Positions 46,967-58,149 of a stretch of DNA of 64,000 nucleotides are shown here, in pieces. Origin of the DNA: an uncultured cyanobacterium. GTDB lineage: Bacteria > Cyanobacteriota > Cyanobacteriia > Cyanobacteriales > CAWCAG01. The position numbers and the translations under genes were made by a program. The DNA lies in assembly GCA_963803805.1 (NCBI GenBank), contig CAWDOD010000009.1:191322-255321 (forward strand), in the 5' to 3' direction. Below the pieces are notes generated by a model. The model made no database searches, was not told where the DNA came from, and worked only from the letters and a program-made list of their open reading frames with translations. The first letter of the stretch is position 1; each line of letters begins with the position of its first letter.

Positions 46967-49477
46967 ATGTCTTTTCCTGATATAGTTACTTGGCTACAAG
47001 AAAGAACCGCCCTTGGTATCCTTTCCCAGGAAGTATTAGAAGCGATCGCAAATATACTCCAGGAAAAAACTGTTCCTGCACAAGAACAGATAGTTAAGGA
47101 AAATACTAACCCAGGAGGACTTTATATTCTGCGGGAAGGTCGTTTAGAGAGCAAAGGAAAGGCAAGTTTGCTGGCTGGTTCTACCCTTAACTTAGAAGAA
47201 GTTATTTTAGATCAACCTGCCAGAGAAACGGTAACTACTTTGAGTGAATCTCAATTGTGGTTTATTCCCGCCCAACAGTTTCGCGCCCTTTATGACGATT
47301 ATCCCGAAATACCCCAAACTATTTCCCAACAACTTGCCCAAGAGGTTTTACACCTTGAATCTCAATTAAATTACGAACAAGAACGCCAGACTATTTTACG
47401 TCCTTATTTAGTCACCAAAGCTAAACGAGGGGTGATTGGTAAGAGTCGCTATGCTGTCAAACTCCGCAAGCAAGTTAAACAAGCAGCCGAAGAAAGACAA
47501 TCAGTATTGATTTTTGGTGAACCAGGATTAGAAAAAGATAATCTTGCTAGTTTAATTCACTTTAGTTCTTCCCATCGCCGAGAACCAATTATCAAATTAG
47601 ATTGCAGCAAAATACAAGCTAGTGGTGCAGAATTGTTTGGTAGGGCGGGAGGAAAACCAGGTTTAATCTCCGCTTTAGGAGAAGGAACTTTAGTTCTTAA
47701 TAGTATTGAAGAATTACCTCAAGACTTACTTCCCCCTATAGTTGAATTACTCAAAACCGGAAATTATCTTCCTGTTAACCGTTCTGGAGAAGCGAGTCAA
47801 ACTATCTTAAAAAATCAGGCTCGCATTATCATTATTTCTGAACAGAATTTACCACAAATTAATGCAGTGGTGGGGCTAAAAATTAAAGTTCCTCCCCTAC
47901 GAATACGCAAAGCTGATATAGCAGATTATGTTGATTACTATATCAGCTTAGTTTGTCGTGCCAAAGGTTTAAATCGTCCCCGCATCACCCCAGAAGCTTT
48001 ACGCAGATTGCAAGCCTATGATTTTCCTAATAATCAAAGGGAATTAGAAAACTTAATAGAACGGGCAATTGTCCAATTAGAAGGTTCTACAGAATTAACT
48101 GAAGAGATTGTTTGGCCTTCTCAAAGTAAGAAAAAGCAATTTCGGGTTAATCTTCTCAACAGCTATCCTCGCTTGAGAAAATTCCTACGTAGCCCTTGGT
48201 GGCCAGATCGCATTAACTATGGTTTTACCTTAACATTCTTCGCTTTTATTATTGCCATTTTATTTCTTGGCCCCCAAACCCGCGATCGCAATTTTGCCCT
48301 CAACATTTTTTGGGCTTGGTGGTGGCCCTTAATATTAATCGGTTTTCCTTTTGTAGGACGAGTTTGGTGTGCTTTTTGCCCTTTTATGATTTATGGAGAA
48401 GTTACCCAAAAACTCTCCGGTTGGCTTTTCCCAAACCGTAAACTCAAAACCTGGCCCAGAGAATCTGCTGAGAAGTGGGGAGGTTGGTTTTTATTCGGTT
48501 TATTTGCCCTAATTTTGTTATGGGAAGAACTATGGAACTTAGAAAATACCGCCTATCTTTCCGCTTGCTTACTATTATTAATTACCGCCGGGGCGATGAT
48601 TTTTTCGGCCCTGTTTGAACGTCGCTTTTGGTGTCGCTATCTTTGCCCTATCGGTGGTATGAATGGTATGTTTGCAAAGCTTTCCATGACAGAATTAAGA
48701 GCGCAACAAGGTACTTGTTCAGCAGAATGTACCACCTATCAATGTTATAAAGGCGGCCCTGCTAAAGGTGAAGGTTTAGAAACCAACGGTTGCCCCCTCT
48801 ACTCTCACCCCGCACAACTCCAGGATAATCGAGACTGTGTATTATGTATGACTTGCCTCAAAGCTTGTCCGCATCGTTCTGTGGAAGTAAATTTGCGTCC
48901 TCCTGGTATTGAGTTATGGACAACCCACACCCCCCGAAGTTATGAAGTAGCTTTGTTACTACTACTTCTCGATGCCGTCTTTCTACACCGACTACCCCAA
49001 ATCCAATCCTTACTAGGTCTAAGTTTGGACTTAAGCCAATTTATCACCCATCTTTGCTTAGCAGTAGTTGTATTAACTATTCCAGCAACTATTCCTTTAC
49101 TCGCTTACGGACTCATTAAATTAATCCATCAAGGAACCCGCCGATTTAAACCTCATTCCTTTATTGAACTAGCCTATGGCTACCTGCCCTTAGTATTAGC
49201 AGCTAATTTAGCCTATTACTTAAATCTAGGTTTGGGCGAAGGAGGCAAGATTCTAGCCGTAGGCTTAGCTACTTTTGGTTTAAATGGTGAAAGTGTACCT
49301 ATACTGGTAGCCCATCCTGCTGTCATTGCTTTTTTGCAAGGCACTAGTTTGGTAGTTGGTGTAATTCTCTCTATACTACTAACTCAAAAAATTGCTCGTC
49401 AGCCTTTAGGGTTACTCTCACCGCAACACCTTAGCGTGATCGCGTTTGGTATAAGTTTTTGGTGGCTTATTATCTAA
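46967..49477 (+). CDS. cNMP-binding, sigma54-activator-like AAA+ and membrane 4Fe-4S (NapH/FixG-like) fusion protein
   Basis: N-terminal cNMP domain; VLIFGEPGLEKD, VPPLR.R..DI, YDFPNN.RELEN..ERA; GRVWCAFCP, WCRYLCP, CVLCMTCLKACP. Confidence 0.85.
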   Translation: MSFPDIVTWLQERTALGILSQEVLEAIANILQEKTVPAQEQIVKENTNPGGLYILREGRLESKGKASLLAGSTLNLEEVILDQPARETVTTLSESQLWFIPAQQFRALYDDYPEIPQTISQQLAQEVLHLESQLNYEQERQTILRPYLVTKAKRGVIGKSRYAVKLRKQVKQAAEERQSVLIFGEPGLEKDNLASLIHFSSSHRREPIIKLDCSKIQASGAELFGRAGGKPGLISALGEGTLVLNSIEELPQDLLPPIVELLKTGNYLPVNRSGEASQTILKNQARIIIISEQNLPQINAVVGLKIKVPPLRIRKADIADYVDYYISLVCRAKGLNRPRITPEALRRLQAYDFPNNQRELENLIERAIVQLEGSTELTEEIVWPSQSKKKQFRVNLLNSYPRLRKFLRSPWWPDRINYGFTLTFFAFIIAILFLGPQTRDRNFALNIFWAWWWPLILIGFPFVGRVWCAFCPFMIYGEVTQKLSGWLFPNRKLKTWPRESAEKWGGWFLFGLFALILLWEELWNLENTAYLSACLLLLITAGAMIFSALFERRFWCRYLCPIGGMNGMFAKLSMTELRAQQGTCSAECTTYQCYKGGPAKGEGLETNGCPLYSHPAQLQDNRDCVLCMTCLKACPHRSVEVNLRPPGIELWTTHTPRSYEVALLLLLLDAVFLHRLPQIQSLLGLSLDLSQFITHLCLAVVVLTIPATIPLLAYGLIKLIHQGTRRFKPHSFIELAYGYLPLVLAANLAYYLNLGLGEGGKILAVGLATFGLNGESVPILVAHPAVIAFLQGTSLVVGVILSILLTQKIARQPLGLLSPQHLSVIAFGISFWWLII

Positions 49478-49984
49478 GCATAATTCGTAAAATTGTTTAG
49501 TTATCTTCTGTCCCCACAGAATTTGTTTAAACTCCTCTGTTTTCACAAATCCTGCTGAACGGTACAAATATCCTGCTACGGGTAACTCCCCCACGGTTTG
49601 TAAAAAAATGGACTCATAACCGCAATTGTGGCTAAATTGAATAGCTTTGTTCAGGAGTCTGCGTCCTAAACCACCACCGCGCATTCGGGGATCGACTAGA
49701 AACCAGCGAAGTTGGCCTCTTTGTAAAGTATTTTGGATAATGCCAATACTGCCAACAATTCTCCCTTCCACTTCAGCAAGCCACAAACGCTCCCGATGAA
49801 TATCATAGGATTTAGAAAAGTGGGAAAGTGTATCAGCTACATAACCTTCAAAAGTATAGTCGTAGCCGCATTCTTGGGCATAAACTAAGCCATGTAAATA
49901 AAGGATCTGTCCCAAATCTCCAGGCTGAATACGAGAGCGTAAACTAATCTGTGGTTTCTGGTGAGTGCAGAAGTCTATAACCAT
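49418..49984 (-). CDS. GNAT-family N-acetyltransferase
   Basis: PGDLG...LHG.VY..E, QLRWFLVDP..RGGGLGRRLL, LY...GF. Confidence 0.88.
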   Translation of the reverse strand: MVIDFCTHQKPQISLRSRIQPGDLGQILYLHGLVYAQECGYDYTFEGYVADTLSHFSKSYDIHRERLWLAEVEGRIVGSIGIIQNTLQRGQLRWFLVDPRMRGGGLGRRLLNKAIQFSHNCGYESIFLQTVGELPVAGYLYRSAGFVKTEEFKQILWGQKITKQFYELCLDNKPPKTYTKRDHAKVLR

Positions 49985-50295
49985 AACAAATACCTCTGAT
50001 GCGTAAATAAAACTATGTGATTTTTCGATATCCTACTTGTAAGCCCGTAAAATTGCTAGTCTTATTAGTAAGAATAGGACAGCTAAACATAACAAAGGGT
50101 AGATGCAAGGGTGCAATCAGAAGGTTGTCTCGGTATTGCCCTCGTATTTAGAGCAAATTTGCGAAAACTTCACGAAATCTTAATCAAACAATACCATATC
50201 TTATGATACCCATCTAGAATATTTCATCTCTAAAAAGAAAAAAGTTTTTCTTTACGTTAACTTAATAAGTCAATATAGTTGAATTCCGAACCTCA

Positions 50296-50685
50296 ATGGA
50301 TATTATTGCCACTCTTAAAAAAGATTATCAGCGTTTTCCCTTGGAACAAACCTATAGCATTTATGACAAGCAAGTCTATTTTAAAGATCCTATGAAGGAA
50401 TTTCGCGGTGTTGGCCGTTACAAAAAGATGATTCATTTCATTAAAACTTGGTTTAAGGATGTCCATATGGAACTTCATGACATTTCTCGTCACGAAGACA
50501 CGATCAAAACTGAATGGACTCTTCACTGGATAACTCCCCTTCCCTGGCAACCCCATATAGCAATTCCTGGTAGAAGTGAATTAAGGCTTAATGAAGCAGG
50601 ATTAATCGTTGCTCATCTGGATTACTGGCATTGCTCTGGCTTCAATGTGCTTAAACAACACTTTCTCCCTACTACGAAAACTTAG
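50296..50685 (+). CDS. DUF2358/SnoaL-like protein
   Basis: DYQRFP...YSIY...VYFKDP...F.G...Y, H.DYW. Confidence 0.8.
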   Translation: MDIIATLKKDYQRFPLEQTYSIYDKQVYFKDPMKEFRGVGRYKKMIHFIKTWFKDVHMELHDISRHEDTIKTEWTLHWITPLPWQPHIAIPGRSELRLNEAGLIVAHLDYWHCSGFNVLKQHFLPTTKT

Positions 50686-50731
50686 AAGTAATGTAAACTT
50701 TAGTTAAAGTAGGGTCAATCCAAGAAAACTT

Positions 50732-51907
50732 ATGCGCGTAATTCTCATGACTGGTAAAGGAGGTGTAGGTAAAACCTCTGTTGCCGCAGCTACAGGACTT
50801 CGTTGTGCTGAACTTGGTTACAAAACTTTGGTTTTAAGTACAGATCCTGCTCACTCCCTTGCTGATAGCTTTGACTTGGAAATGGGCCACGAACCCCAGC
50901 AGGTACGCCCAAACCTTTGGGGCGCAGAGTTGGACGCTTTGATGGAGCTAGAAGGGAATTGGGGAGCTGTCAAGCGCTATATCAGCCAGGTTTTGCAAGC
51001 GAGGGGCTTAGAAGGAGTTCAAGCCGAAGAGTTAGCTATTTTACCAGGCATGGATGAAATCTTTGGTTTGGTGCGTATGAAACGCCACTACGACGAGGAA
51101 GAGTTTGAGGTTTTAATCATCGACTCTGCCCCTACTGGTACAGCGTTACGCCTATTGAGTTTGCCAGAGGTTGGGGGATGGTATATGAGGCGTTTTTACA
51201 AGCCTTTGCAGGGGGTTTCTGCTGCTTTACGCCCCTTAGTTGAACCTATATTTAGACCTATTGCTGGTTTTTCTCTACCGGATAAAGAGGTGATGGATGC
51301 ACCCTATGAATTTTATGAACAAATTGAAGCTTTAGAAAAAGTCCTAACAGATAATACCAAGACTTCTGTGAGGTTGGTAACTAATCCTGAAAAGATGGTG
51401 ATTAAAGAATCTTTGCGCGCCCATGCTTACTTAAGTTTGTACAATGTGGCTACGGATCTGGTGGTTGCTAATCGTATTATTCCCGAAGAAGTAACTGATC
51501 CCTTTTTCCAAAGGTGGAAAGAAAATCAACAAGTTTATAAACAAGAAATTCACAATAATTTCCATCCCTTACCCGTAAAAGAAGTCCCTCTTTACTCAGA
51601 AGAATTATGCGGTTTAGCCGCCCTAGAAAGGCTTAAAGAAACTTTATATGCCAATGAAGATCCGACACAGGTTTATTACCAAGAAAATACTCTTAAGGTA
51701 GTACAAAAAGGCTCTAATCAATACAGTTTAGAGTTGTATTTACCTGGTGTTCCGAAAGAGAATATTCAGTTAAATAAAACCGGAGATGAATTAAATGTCC
51801 GCATTGGTAATCATCGCCGTAATTTAGTTTTACCCCAAGCTTTAGCTGCCTTGAAACCTTCCGGGGCGAAGATGGAAGAGGATTATCTTAAAATTGCTTT
51901 TGCTTAG
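50732..51907 (+). CDS. ArsA/GET3-family ATPase with C-terminal alpha-crystallin-like domain
   Basis: [22 protein letters not shown]. Confidence 0.93.
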   Translation: MRVILMTGKGGVGKTSVAAATGLRCAELGYKTLVLSTDPAHSLADSFDLEMGHEPQQVRPNLWGAELDALMELEGNWGAVKRYISQVLQARGLEGVQAEELAILPGMDEIFGLVRMKRHYDEEEFEVLIIDSAPTGTALRLLSLPEVGGWYMRRFYKPLQGVSAALRPLVEPIFRPIAGFSLPDKEVMDAPYEFYEQIEALEKVLTDNTKTSVRLVTNPEKMVIKESLRAHAYLSLYNVATDLVVANRIIPEEVTDPFFQRWKENQQVYKQEIHNNFHPLPVKEVPLYSEELCGLAALERLKETLYANEDPTQVYYQENTLKVVQKGSNQYSLELYLPGVPKENIQLNKTGDELNVRIGNHRRNLVLPQALAALKPSGAKMEEDYLKIAFA

Positions 51908-51947
51908 AGCAGGGAGTAGTATGGTTACTTATTTTATTACTTAAATA

Positions 51948-52865
51948 TCAAGGCAACTCCACCGAGGTAGGCTTAGCGATATGAGGTAAACCCCAACCCA
52001 GCTTTTCTCTAAGGATACGGAAAAATTCTGGCGATCGCAGACGAATAAAACGAGCAGGGTAAGGCGATCGCTCTATATAAACCCTATCTTCTGGAGAAAT
52101 ATAACAGCCACCGTTACCATCTACTACCATTACCATTTGGTTGGGAGTGGCGGGAATAATATTTACTGGCTCAGTATCAGAAAAGACTAACGCCCTAGAA
52201 GCTAGGGAGTGAGGGCAAATGGGAATTAACTGTAAAACTGGTACAGAAGGAGTTACAACTGGTCCTCCTGCGCTTAAAGAGTAAGCAGTAGAACCCGTTG
52301 GGGTAGAAACAATTACCCCATCAGCAGCAATATCTACTGGGGCATGGTGACCAATTTGAATTTCAAAATGGCACATACTAGTTAGGGGTTCTCGATGCAG
52401 TACCATTTCATTAAGGCAAAGTGCTTCCCAAATCAACTTTTCTCCCCGAAAAGCACTTACGGCTAACATTGAGCGTTCTTCTATTTCATATTCCCCTGCT
52501 ATTAATTTCTCTACCGCTTGGGGTATTTGATTGATATAGGTTTCGGTAAGAAATCCCATATGTCCTGTATTGACACTTAATAAAGGAATACCAAAAACAG
52601 CTACTTGCCGAAAAGCGGCTAAGGTTGTGCCATCTCCCCCTAAGACAATACCAAAGGTGACATCTTCATCAAAGCCCACAGGCTTTAATTGATCAATTCG
52701 AGTACGGCAAACAGGACTGTCTGGACGAGAATAACCCAATATACCGCCAAAACTGGTGGTTACACAAACATCCCAACCCATGGCAGTAAAGGTATCTGTT
52801 AGTTCTTTGGCAAGGCGACAAGCTGTTGGTTTAGAGTCGTTATAAATAATGCCTGCTTTCGGCAC
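51948..52865 (-). CDS. nadK: NAD(+) kinase
   Basis: [28 protein letters not shown]. Confidence 0.95.
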   Translation of the reverse strand: MPKAGIIYNDSKPTACRLAKELTDTFTAMGWDVCVTTSFGGILGYSRPDSPVCRTRIDQLKPVGFDEDVTFGIVLGGDGTTLAAFRQVAVFGIPLLSVNTGHMGFLTETYINQIPQAVEKLIAGEYEIEERSMLAVSAFRGEKLIWEALCLNEMVLHREPLTSMCHFEIQIGHHAPVDIAADGVIVSTPTGSTAYSLSAGGPVVTPSVPVLQLIPICPHSLASRALVFSDTEPVNIIPATPNQMVMVVDGNGGCYISPEDRVYIERSPYPARFIRLRSPEFFRILREKLGWGLPHIAKPTSVELP

Positions 52866-52906
52866 AACTGTTGATCTCGCTGGCTTTTAATGTTTACACT
52901 GAAAGA

Positions 52907-53887
52907 TTATGATTTGGATTTAAAAGGAGTTTTCTTTTTCTGCTTTTTGTTTTTGTTCTTTTCGTAATCAATTTCTTTGAGTTTTTTCATAATGCGGCCA
53001 AAGTAGTCTTGAAGATATGCCTCTAGGGTAGTAGTTTCTTGGGGATCTAGTTTAAAAGTCTGATAGACTTCTTCCATAGAGGCATCTAATGGCTTACCCC
53101 TTGCCAATACTTCTGCGAAACTAAGACGATCTGAAGCATTTTTCCCCCACTGAAAGAAGCCCAGGATTCGGCGCATTGCCCCTAGAAACCCTAAAGGAAG
53201 TCTAGCAATTTTAGCAGTTTGTCCGGAGAGTCTTTCGCAAAGATTAATAATTTCGTAGCCTCCCCAAGCACGAGTTCCTACTACAGGGAAAGTTTTGTTT
53301 TCAGTTTCTGGTATTTCCAGGGCGCGAACAGCAAATTTAGCTATATCCATGGTGTTCATGTAAGCAATGGGAGAGCTTTCCCCTGTTACCCATACTGCTT
53401 GATTGTCCAACATAGGTATAGCATACTGGCTGATTAGCCCTTGCATAAAACCACAAAGTTGTAAGACTGTGTAGTTTAAACCAGATTCTTTCAAAAAAAG
53501 TTCTGTGCTTCTTTTAATATCCATTAAAGGGACTTCCGGATATTTATCCGCATCAAGAATAGAAAAGAAGATGAATCTTTTGATTCCGGCTGCTTTTGCT
53601 GCTTTTATTAAAGCAACTTTGCCTTCCCAATCAACCTCTTTTGTACTCAATGAATCTGTTGCTCTTGCTGTAGCTGCATCAATTACAGCATCAATATTTT
53701 CTAAAGCTGGAGGTAAGCTTTCTGCTACACAAAGGTTGCCTTGTATAAGTTCTGCTCCCCACTCTTTGAGAAAAGTTGCCTTACGCTGACTTCTTACCAA
53801 ACAGCGCACACTATGCCCTTCGTCAAGAGCGCGGCGCACTACTTGTCTTCCTAGGGTACCTGTAGCACCTACCACTAACAAATACAT
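52907..53887 (-). CDS. ycf39: Ycf39-like atypical SDR/NmrA-family protein
   Basis: VGATGTLGRQVVRRAL, FLKEWGAEL, VDWEGK.ALI, PLM.IK. Confidence 0.88.
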   Translation of the reverse strand: MYLLVVGATGTLGRQVVRRALDEGHSVRCLVRSQRKATFLKEWGAELIQGNLCVAESLPPALENIDAVIDAATARATDSLSTKEVDWEGKVALIKAAKAAGIKRFIFFSILDADKYPEVPLMDIKRSTELFLKESGLNYTVLQLCGFMQGLISQYAIPMLDNQAVWVTGESSPIAYMNTMDIAKFAVRALEIPETENKTFPVVGTRAWGGYEIINLCERLSGQTAKIARLPLGFLGAMRRILGFFQWGKNASDRLSFAEVLARGKPLDASMEEVYQTFKLDPQETTTLEAYLQDYFGRIMKKLKEIDYEKNKNKKQKKKTPFKSKS

Positions 53888-54046
53888 TATAAAAAATTTA
53901 GTAATGATTTTTAAACTTTCTATAAGATTTTATCAGAAAACTCCCACTTTTCTCTAAGAAAACTAGGAAAATAAGGAGATGCCAGGAAAAAGCAGGGGGA
54001 GTAACTCAGTGATAACTCCAAATCGCCTTGTAATATTTTACTCGAC

Positions 54047-54898
54047 TTAAATGGCTGAGATAATTAATCCTTCACGAGCCATAATTCCCCCAGGAAACAC
54101 TTTTTTGACTTCCAAGGCAACTTGATCTAAAAAATCATCAGTATGACTAGGTTCGTGGTGAAAAATCACTAATCTTTTTGCCCCCGCAGCTTTAGCAATT
54201 TTCACTCCTTCTTGCCAAGTTGAATGGCCCCAACCAACCTTAGAGGCTTTAGGGTCATTGTATTCTTCATCTGTATACATAGCATCATAGATTAAAATAT
54301 CTGCGTCGCGGGCTAAATGCAGTACATTTTTATCTAAACCTTCTTGAAAATGTTCTGTATCAGTACAGTAGACAATAGAGTGGTCTTGCCAAGTTATACG
54401 ATAACCCATTGCTCCATTGGGATGGTTGAGTTTATCAGTTTCTATTTCAATATCGTCTAAGTAAAAATCATCTCCACATACCAAGTCATGAAAATTTAGT
54501 TCTGCTTGGATTTCTTTCATAGGTACAGGAGAGTCCAAATGCAAAACGTGTTCTCGGAAATGCTTCTCCATAGAAACCCCTTCTGTTGGGACTTGACCAT
54601 GAATATGAAAGCAATTATCTTCACTAAAGCCAGGGATAAAAAAAGGTACTCCTTGGATATGATCCCAATGGTAGTGAGTAAAAAACATATAGGTTTTTAC
54701 TGGCGCTTGCGATCGCAGGCTTTTACCTAACATTCGCAGTCCAGTACCACCATCGAAAATGAGGCGTTTTCCTCCTACGCGCATTTCTACGCAAGAAGTA
54801 TTACCACCATAACGGACTGTTTCGGCTCCAGGGGAAGGTACGCTACCTCTTACCCCCCAAAACTGAACGACAAATTCAGAGGAATGATTAGTTTCCAT
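54047..54898 (-). CDS. MBL-fold metallohydrolase
   Basis: FWGVRGS, YGGNTSC, THYHWDHIQG, TDTEH, WGHST, FHHEP. Confidence 0.9.
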   Translation of the reverse strand: METNHSSEFVVQFWGVRGSVPSPGAETVRYGGNTSCVEMRVGGKRLIFDGGTGLRMLGKSLRSQAPVKTYMFFTHYHWDHIQGVPFFIPGFSEDNCFHIHGQVPTEGVSMEKHFREHVLHLDSPVPMKEIQAELNFHDLVCGDDFYLDDIEIETDKLNHPNGAMGYRITWQDHSIVYCTDTEHFQEGLDKNVLHLARDADILIYDAMYTDEEYNDPKASKVGWGHSTWQEGVKIAKAAGAKRLVIFHHEPSHTDDFLDQVALEVKKVFPGGIMAREGLIISAI

Positions 54899-55993
54899 TT
54901 AGCAATTCAAAACACCACATTGACCTTGATGACGCAGCAAGTGATCGCACAAAACTAAGGCAACCATGGCTTCTACCATAGGTACAGCTCTAGGCAATAC
55001 GCAGGGATCATGTCTTCCCTTCGCAGCGAGGAGGGTTTCTTCTCCAGTGTTAGTCACTGTACGCTGCTGTTGTCCTATGGTAGCAGTCGGTTTAAATGCT
55101 GCTCGTAGGAGAATATTTTCTCCATTAGTGATGCCCCCCTGAATGCCCCCGGAAAGATTTGTGCTAGTGCGGATATTTCCTGCTTTGTCCCGATAAAATT
55201 CGTCATTATGCTCGCTTCCTGTTAATAATGTTCCAGAAAATCCTGAGCCAATTTCAAATCCTTTAGTTGCAGGTAAAGACATGACCCCTTTTGCCAGATC
55301 TGCTTCTAGTTTATCAAATACTGGCTCTCCCCATCCTTTAGGTAGATGACGAGCTACACATTCTACCACGCCCCCTAAAGAATCTTTGTTACGCCTGGTT
55401 TGGTCGATTAACTCGATCATTTTATCGGCGCATTCTAGTTGAGGACAACGGACAATATTACTTTCTACCTGTTCTAGGGTTACTAAATCCGGATCAATAA
55501 CTGCTTCTATGTCTTTGATACGCTTGACATAAGCAACAATTTCCACACCAGCAACTTGTTGAAGAATCTTTTTGGCGATCGCTCCTGCCGCGACTCTACC
55601 AATAGTCTCCCTAGCTGAAGAACGTCCCCCTCCTTGCCAGTTACGAATACCATATTTAGCATCATAGGTAGCATCAGCATGGGAAGGACGATATAAGCTC
55701 GCCATTTCGCTGTAATCTTGGGGTCTGGTATCTTTGTTCCTTACCAATATAGCGATGGGCGTACCTAAAGTTTTCCCTTCAAAGACACCAGAGATGATTT
55801 CACAGGTATCAGTTTCTTTTCTAGGAGTAGTAATTTTACTTTGACCTGGCCGTCTCCGGTCTAGTTCCCATTGAATTTCTTCGCAGGTAATTTCTAGTTG
55901 AGGGGGACAACCATCAATAACAACACCAACCCCACCACCATGGGATTCACCAAAAGTGGTGATGCGAAATAAATGACCGAAGGTGTTGCCCAT
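54899..55993 (-). CDS. aroC: Chorismate synthase
   Basis: [33 protein letters not shown]; its stop abuts the next ATG (TAAATG). Confidence 0.97.
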   Translation of the reverse strand: MGNTFGHLFRITTFGESHGGGVGVVIDGCPPQLEITCEEIQWELDRRRPGQSKITTPRKETDTCEIISGVFEGKTLGTPIAILVRNKDTRPQDYSEMASLYRPSHADATYDAKYGIRNWQGGGRSSARETIGRVAAGAIAKKILQQVAGVEIVAYVKRIKDIEAVIDPDLVTLEQVESNIVRCPQLECADKMIELIDQTRRNKDSLGGVVECVARHLPKGWGEPVFDKLEADLAKGVMSLPATKGFEIGSGFSGTLLTGSEHNDEFYRDKAGNIRTSTNLSGGIQGGITNGENILLRAAFKPTATIGQQQRTVTNTGEETLLAAKGRHDPCVLPRAVPMVEAMVALVLCDHLLRHQGQCGVLNC

Positions 55994-56041
55994 AATTTAT
56001 TTGAAAAATTCTCTTGGGTTTTGTATTGTAGCAGCTATTCC

Positions 56042-56575
56042 TTAACGAACGCGCAACTCAATAACACTTTCAGTAATGCTGACATCATAGTTCCCATAAA
56101 CATCTTGTCCTAAAAGACCTATATCGAGGGCAGGAGAGATAGCAACTACAAGGTCATTGAGGGTTATACCTCCAGTTTCTACTGATTGTAAGCGACCCAG
56201 GGCAAATTCTACTCCATTTTGACTGGCTGTATCAACTTGCGCAGTGCCTTCTTGCTTAACTCCCAAAGCTTGCGCCATTTGACCACTAATGACGGTTCCA
56301 GTTGCCCCTGTATCAAAGAGCATGGCAAAGGTTTGTTTACCATTAAAGGTGACTTCTACAACTGGAGTTCCTCCTAATCTCCCTTTGATGGGAATATAAA
56401 ATACCCCGGAGTTAGTTATTTGCTCGTTACTACCACCACCACAAAGACTACTTAAATCTATAGGTTGACCCTTCTCATCTACCATGAAGCAGCCTTGTCT
56501 TTCTTGGGCTAGGGTGGTTAGGGAAACCAAGCTAAGTCCGGTAGATAGTATCATCGTAGTCACAAGTCGCTTCAT
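56042..56575 (-). CDS. Exported retropepsin-like aspartic protease
   Basis: Signal peptide, GCFM......IDLS.LC, FDTGAT, GLLGQD. Confidence 0.85.
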   Translation of the reverse strand: MKRLVTTMILSTGLSLVSLTTLAQERQGCFMVDEKGQPIDLSSLCGGGSNEQITNSGVFYIPIKGRLGGTPVVEVTFNGKQTFAMLFDTGATGTVISGQMAQALGVKQEGTAQVDTASQNGVEFALGRLQSVETGGITLNDLVVAISPALDIGLLGQDVYGNYDVSITESVIELRVR

Positions 56576-56692
56576 GAACTATTTCTATAAGCTTATACAG
56601 AACTGTATTTTAAATTCTAACAGATGAAAAAATAATGGCTTTTAGTTTAAGATTATCGCGATTTTCAGATTATTTCTTACCCTGGGATGGGC

Positions 56693-57436
56693 TTAATAAC
56701 CAAGTAAAATATCTCGCACTTGCTGTTTCGTCATTCCTCTTCTAATTTCAGGACTATAAAGTATCCTAATCACAACCTTATCTAGTTCGGAAAACTGATT
56801 TACTTCAGTCCAATCTTGATAAAAGATACTATCTGGATAAGTCCAAGCATCATTCATTAAACCTAAAGATTGAGTTAATTCTTCGCGAATTAAATGGGAA
56901 CGTTCAATTTGAGTAACTTGGTTTGTAGAAATTAATATTTTTCCTCGGTTGATTTCTAAGTTACCGTTCCACCAAATAAAGAAGAAACCGAGATTTCCAG
57001 GAATATAGTTAGGCTCGTATTGAGGAAATTCCTCCTGGGGAACAAAATAGATTTCTAGGTTGTGATTCTGATTGTCTAAACTTATTTGAATATCGTCAAC
57101 TAATTGATTAAGTTCATTAATCACTCTTTGTAAAGTTTGCCAGTCATCTTTGGTAGGAGAACCCATAACTTTAATTCTAATATCTTGATTCCATTTGCGG
57201 ACATATTGAGTTTGAGTATCTGTTGCAAACTCGTTGCCGAAAGCGATTTCTTCAAAGTATTCCACCTCTTTCGGTGTTATTTTTTTTAGTTGAGTAGAAC
57301 CAAGTTCTAAACCTGAAGAAGAAGGACTATTTTCTTTGCTTACGAAATAATTAGTTAAAGGCAGACAGCTTGCTAATCCTAAGTTGGAAAATCCAGCTAA
57401 TATTAAAGCTGTCGAAAAAAGGTGAGGTAATTTCAT
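56693..57436 (-). CDS. DUF2927-family (zincin-like) exported protein
   Basis: RKW...I.I, HLIREELTQSLGL.ND...YPDSIFY. Confidence 0.75.
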   Translation of the reverse strand: MKLPHLFSTALILAGFSNLGLASCLPLTNYFVSKENSPSSSGLELGSTQLKKITPKEVEYFEEIAFGNEFATDTQTQYVRKWNQDIRIKVMGSPTKDDWQTLQRVINELNQLVDDIQISLDNQNHNLEIYFVPQEEFPQYEPNYIPGNLGFFFIWWNGNLEINRGKILISTNQVTQIERSHLIREELTQSLGLMNDAWTYPDSIFYQDWTEVNQFSELDKVVIRILYSPEIRRGMTKQQVRDILLGY

Positions 57437-57748
57437 TAATAGAGTCTCAAGTTTTGTTTATAGTTACTTAATATTAGTAGTAATCACTTCAGTAAGAAAG
57501 AGATATTACTGAGCGGTAATACTATTTCGGGAGAGGAAAACTGTATTTATATTGATAAAAAAAAGGTTATTCTATCAAATATACCATCTATTTTGCACCA
57601 ATCAAATTGTTATTTACTTATTCTTTTTTAGAAGCAATTAGAAGTAATAATCAATCTATAATTTCCCTAAAATAGCTTCAGTAACCAGGAACTTTCAAGG
57701 ATTTGCCTCGACTAATTACCAGGAACATCCAAGGGCTTTAAAAATCAA

Positions 57749-57988
57749 ATGAACTTATTGAAACAGACTAGTGGTTTCACTAGTTATGAAGCTAACGAAC
57801 TCATCAACGGTATTACTCAGAAAGCTTTAGCTAATAGGTTAAGAGTAAATAGGAGTAGTGTAATCAGGAATATCCGTAAAGGTGGAGATCACTTCGCTCG
57901 CTGGAGTTCCAGGTACGATCCTAACGGTTGGTCTTGGGAAAGAGTTATTGTTGACGAACAACCTATTTATCAAATTAAAACTGATTAA
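57749..57988 (+). CDS. Small HTH-like protein (79 aa)
   Basis: TQKALANRLRVNRSSV HTH followed by F..WS...DP.G..W. Confidence 0.6.
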   Translation: MNLLKQTSGFTSYEANELINGITQKALANRLRVNRSSVIRNIRKGGDHFARWSSRYDPNGWSWERVIVDEQPIYQIKTD

Positions 57989-57992
57989 ATAG

Positions 57993-58034
57993 TGAAGAGT
58001 AATTTGGTATTTTTAGTTACCAAATTACTCTTCA
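57993..58034. terminator. Perfect 17-bp inverted repeat between convergent genes
   Basis: TGAAGAGTAATTTGGTA-TTTTTAGT-TACCAAATTACTCTTCA. Confidence 0.7.
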
Positions 58035-58149
58035 TTAACAAAAAACGAAATTGAAAATAGCCCTAAGTTGCTAAATTCAGTCATTAAAAAACACAACTTG
58101 AATGCACGCCAGTTTACTACTATTATCCATTGCCTGACTCAAAATATTA

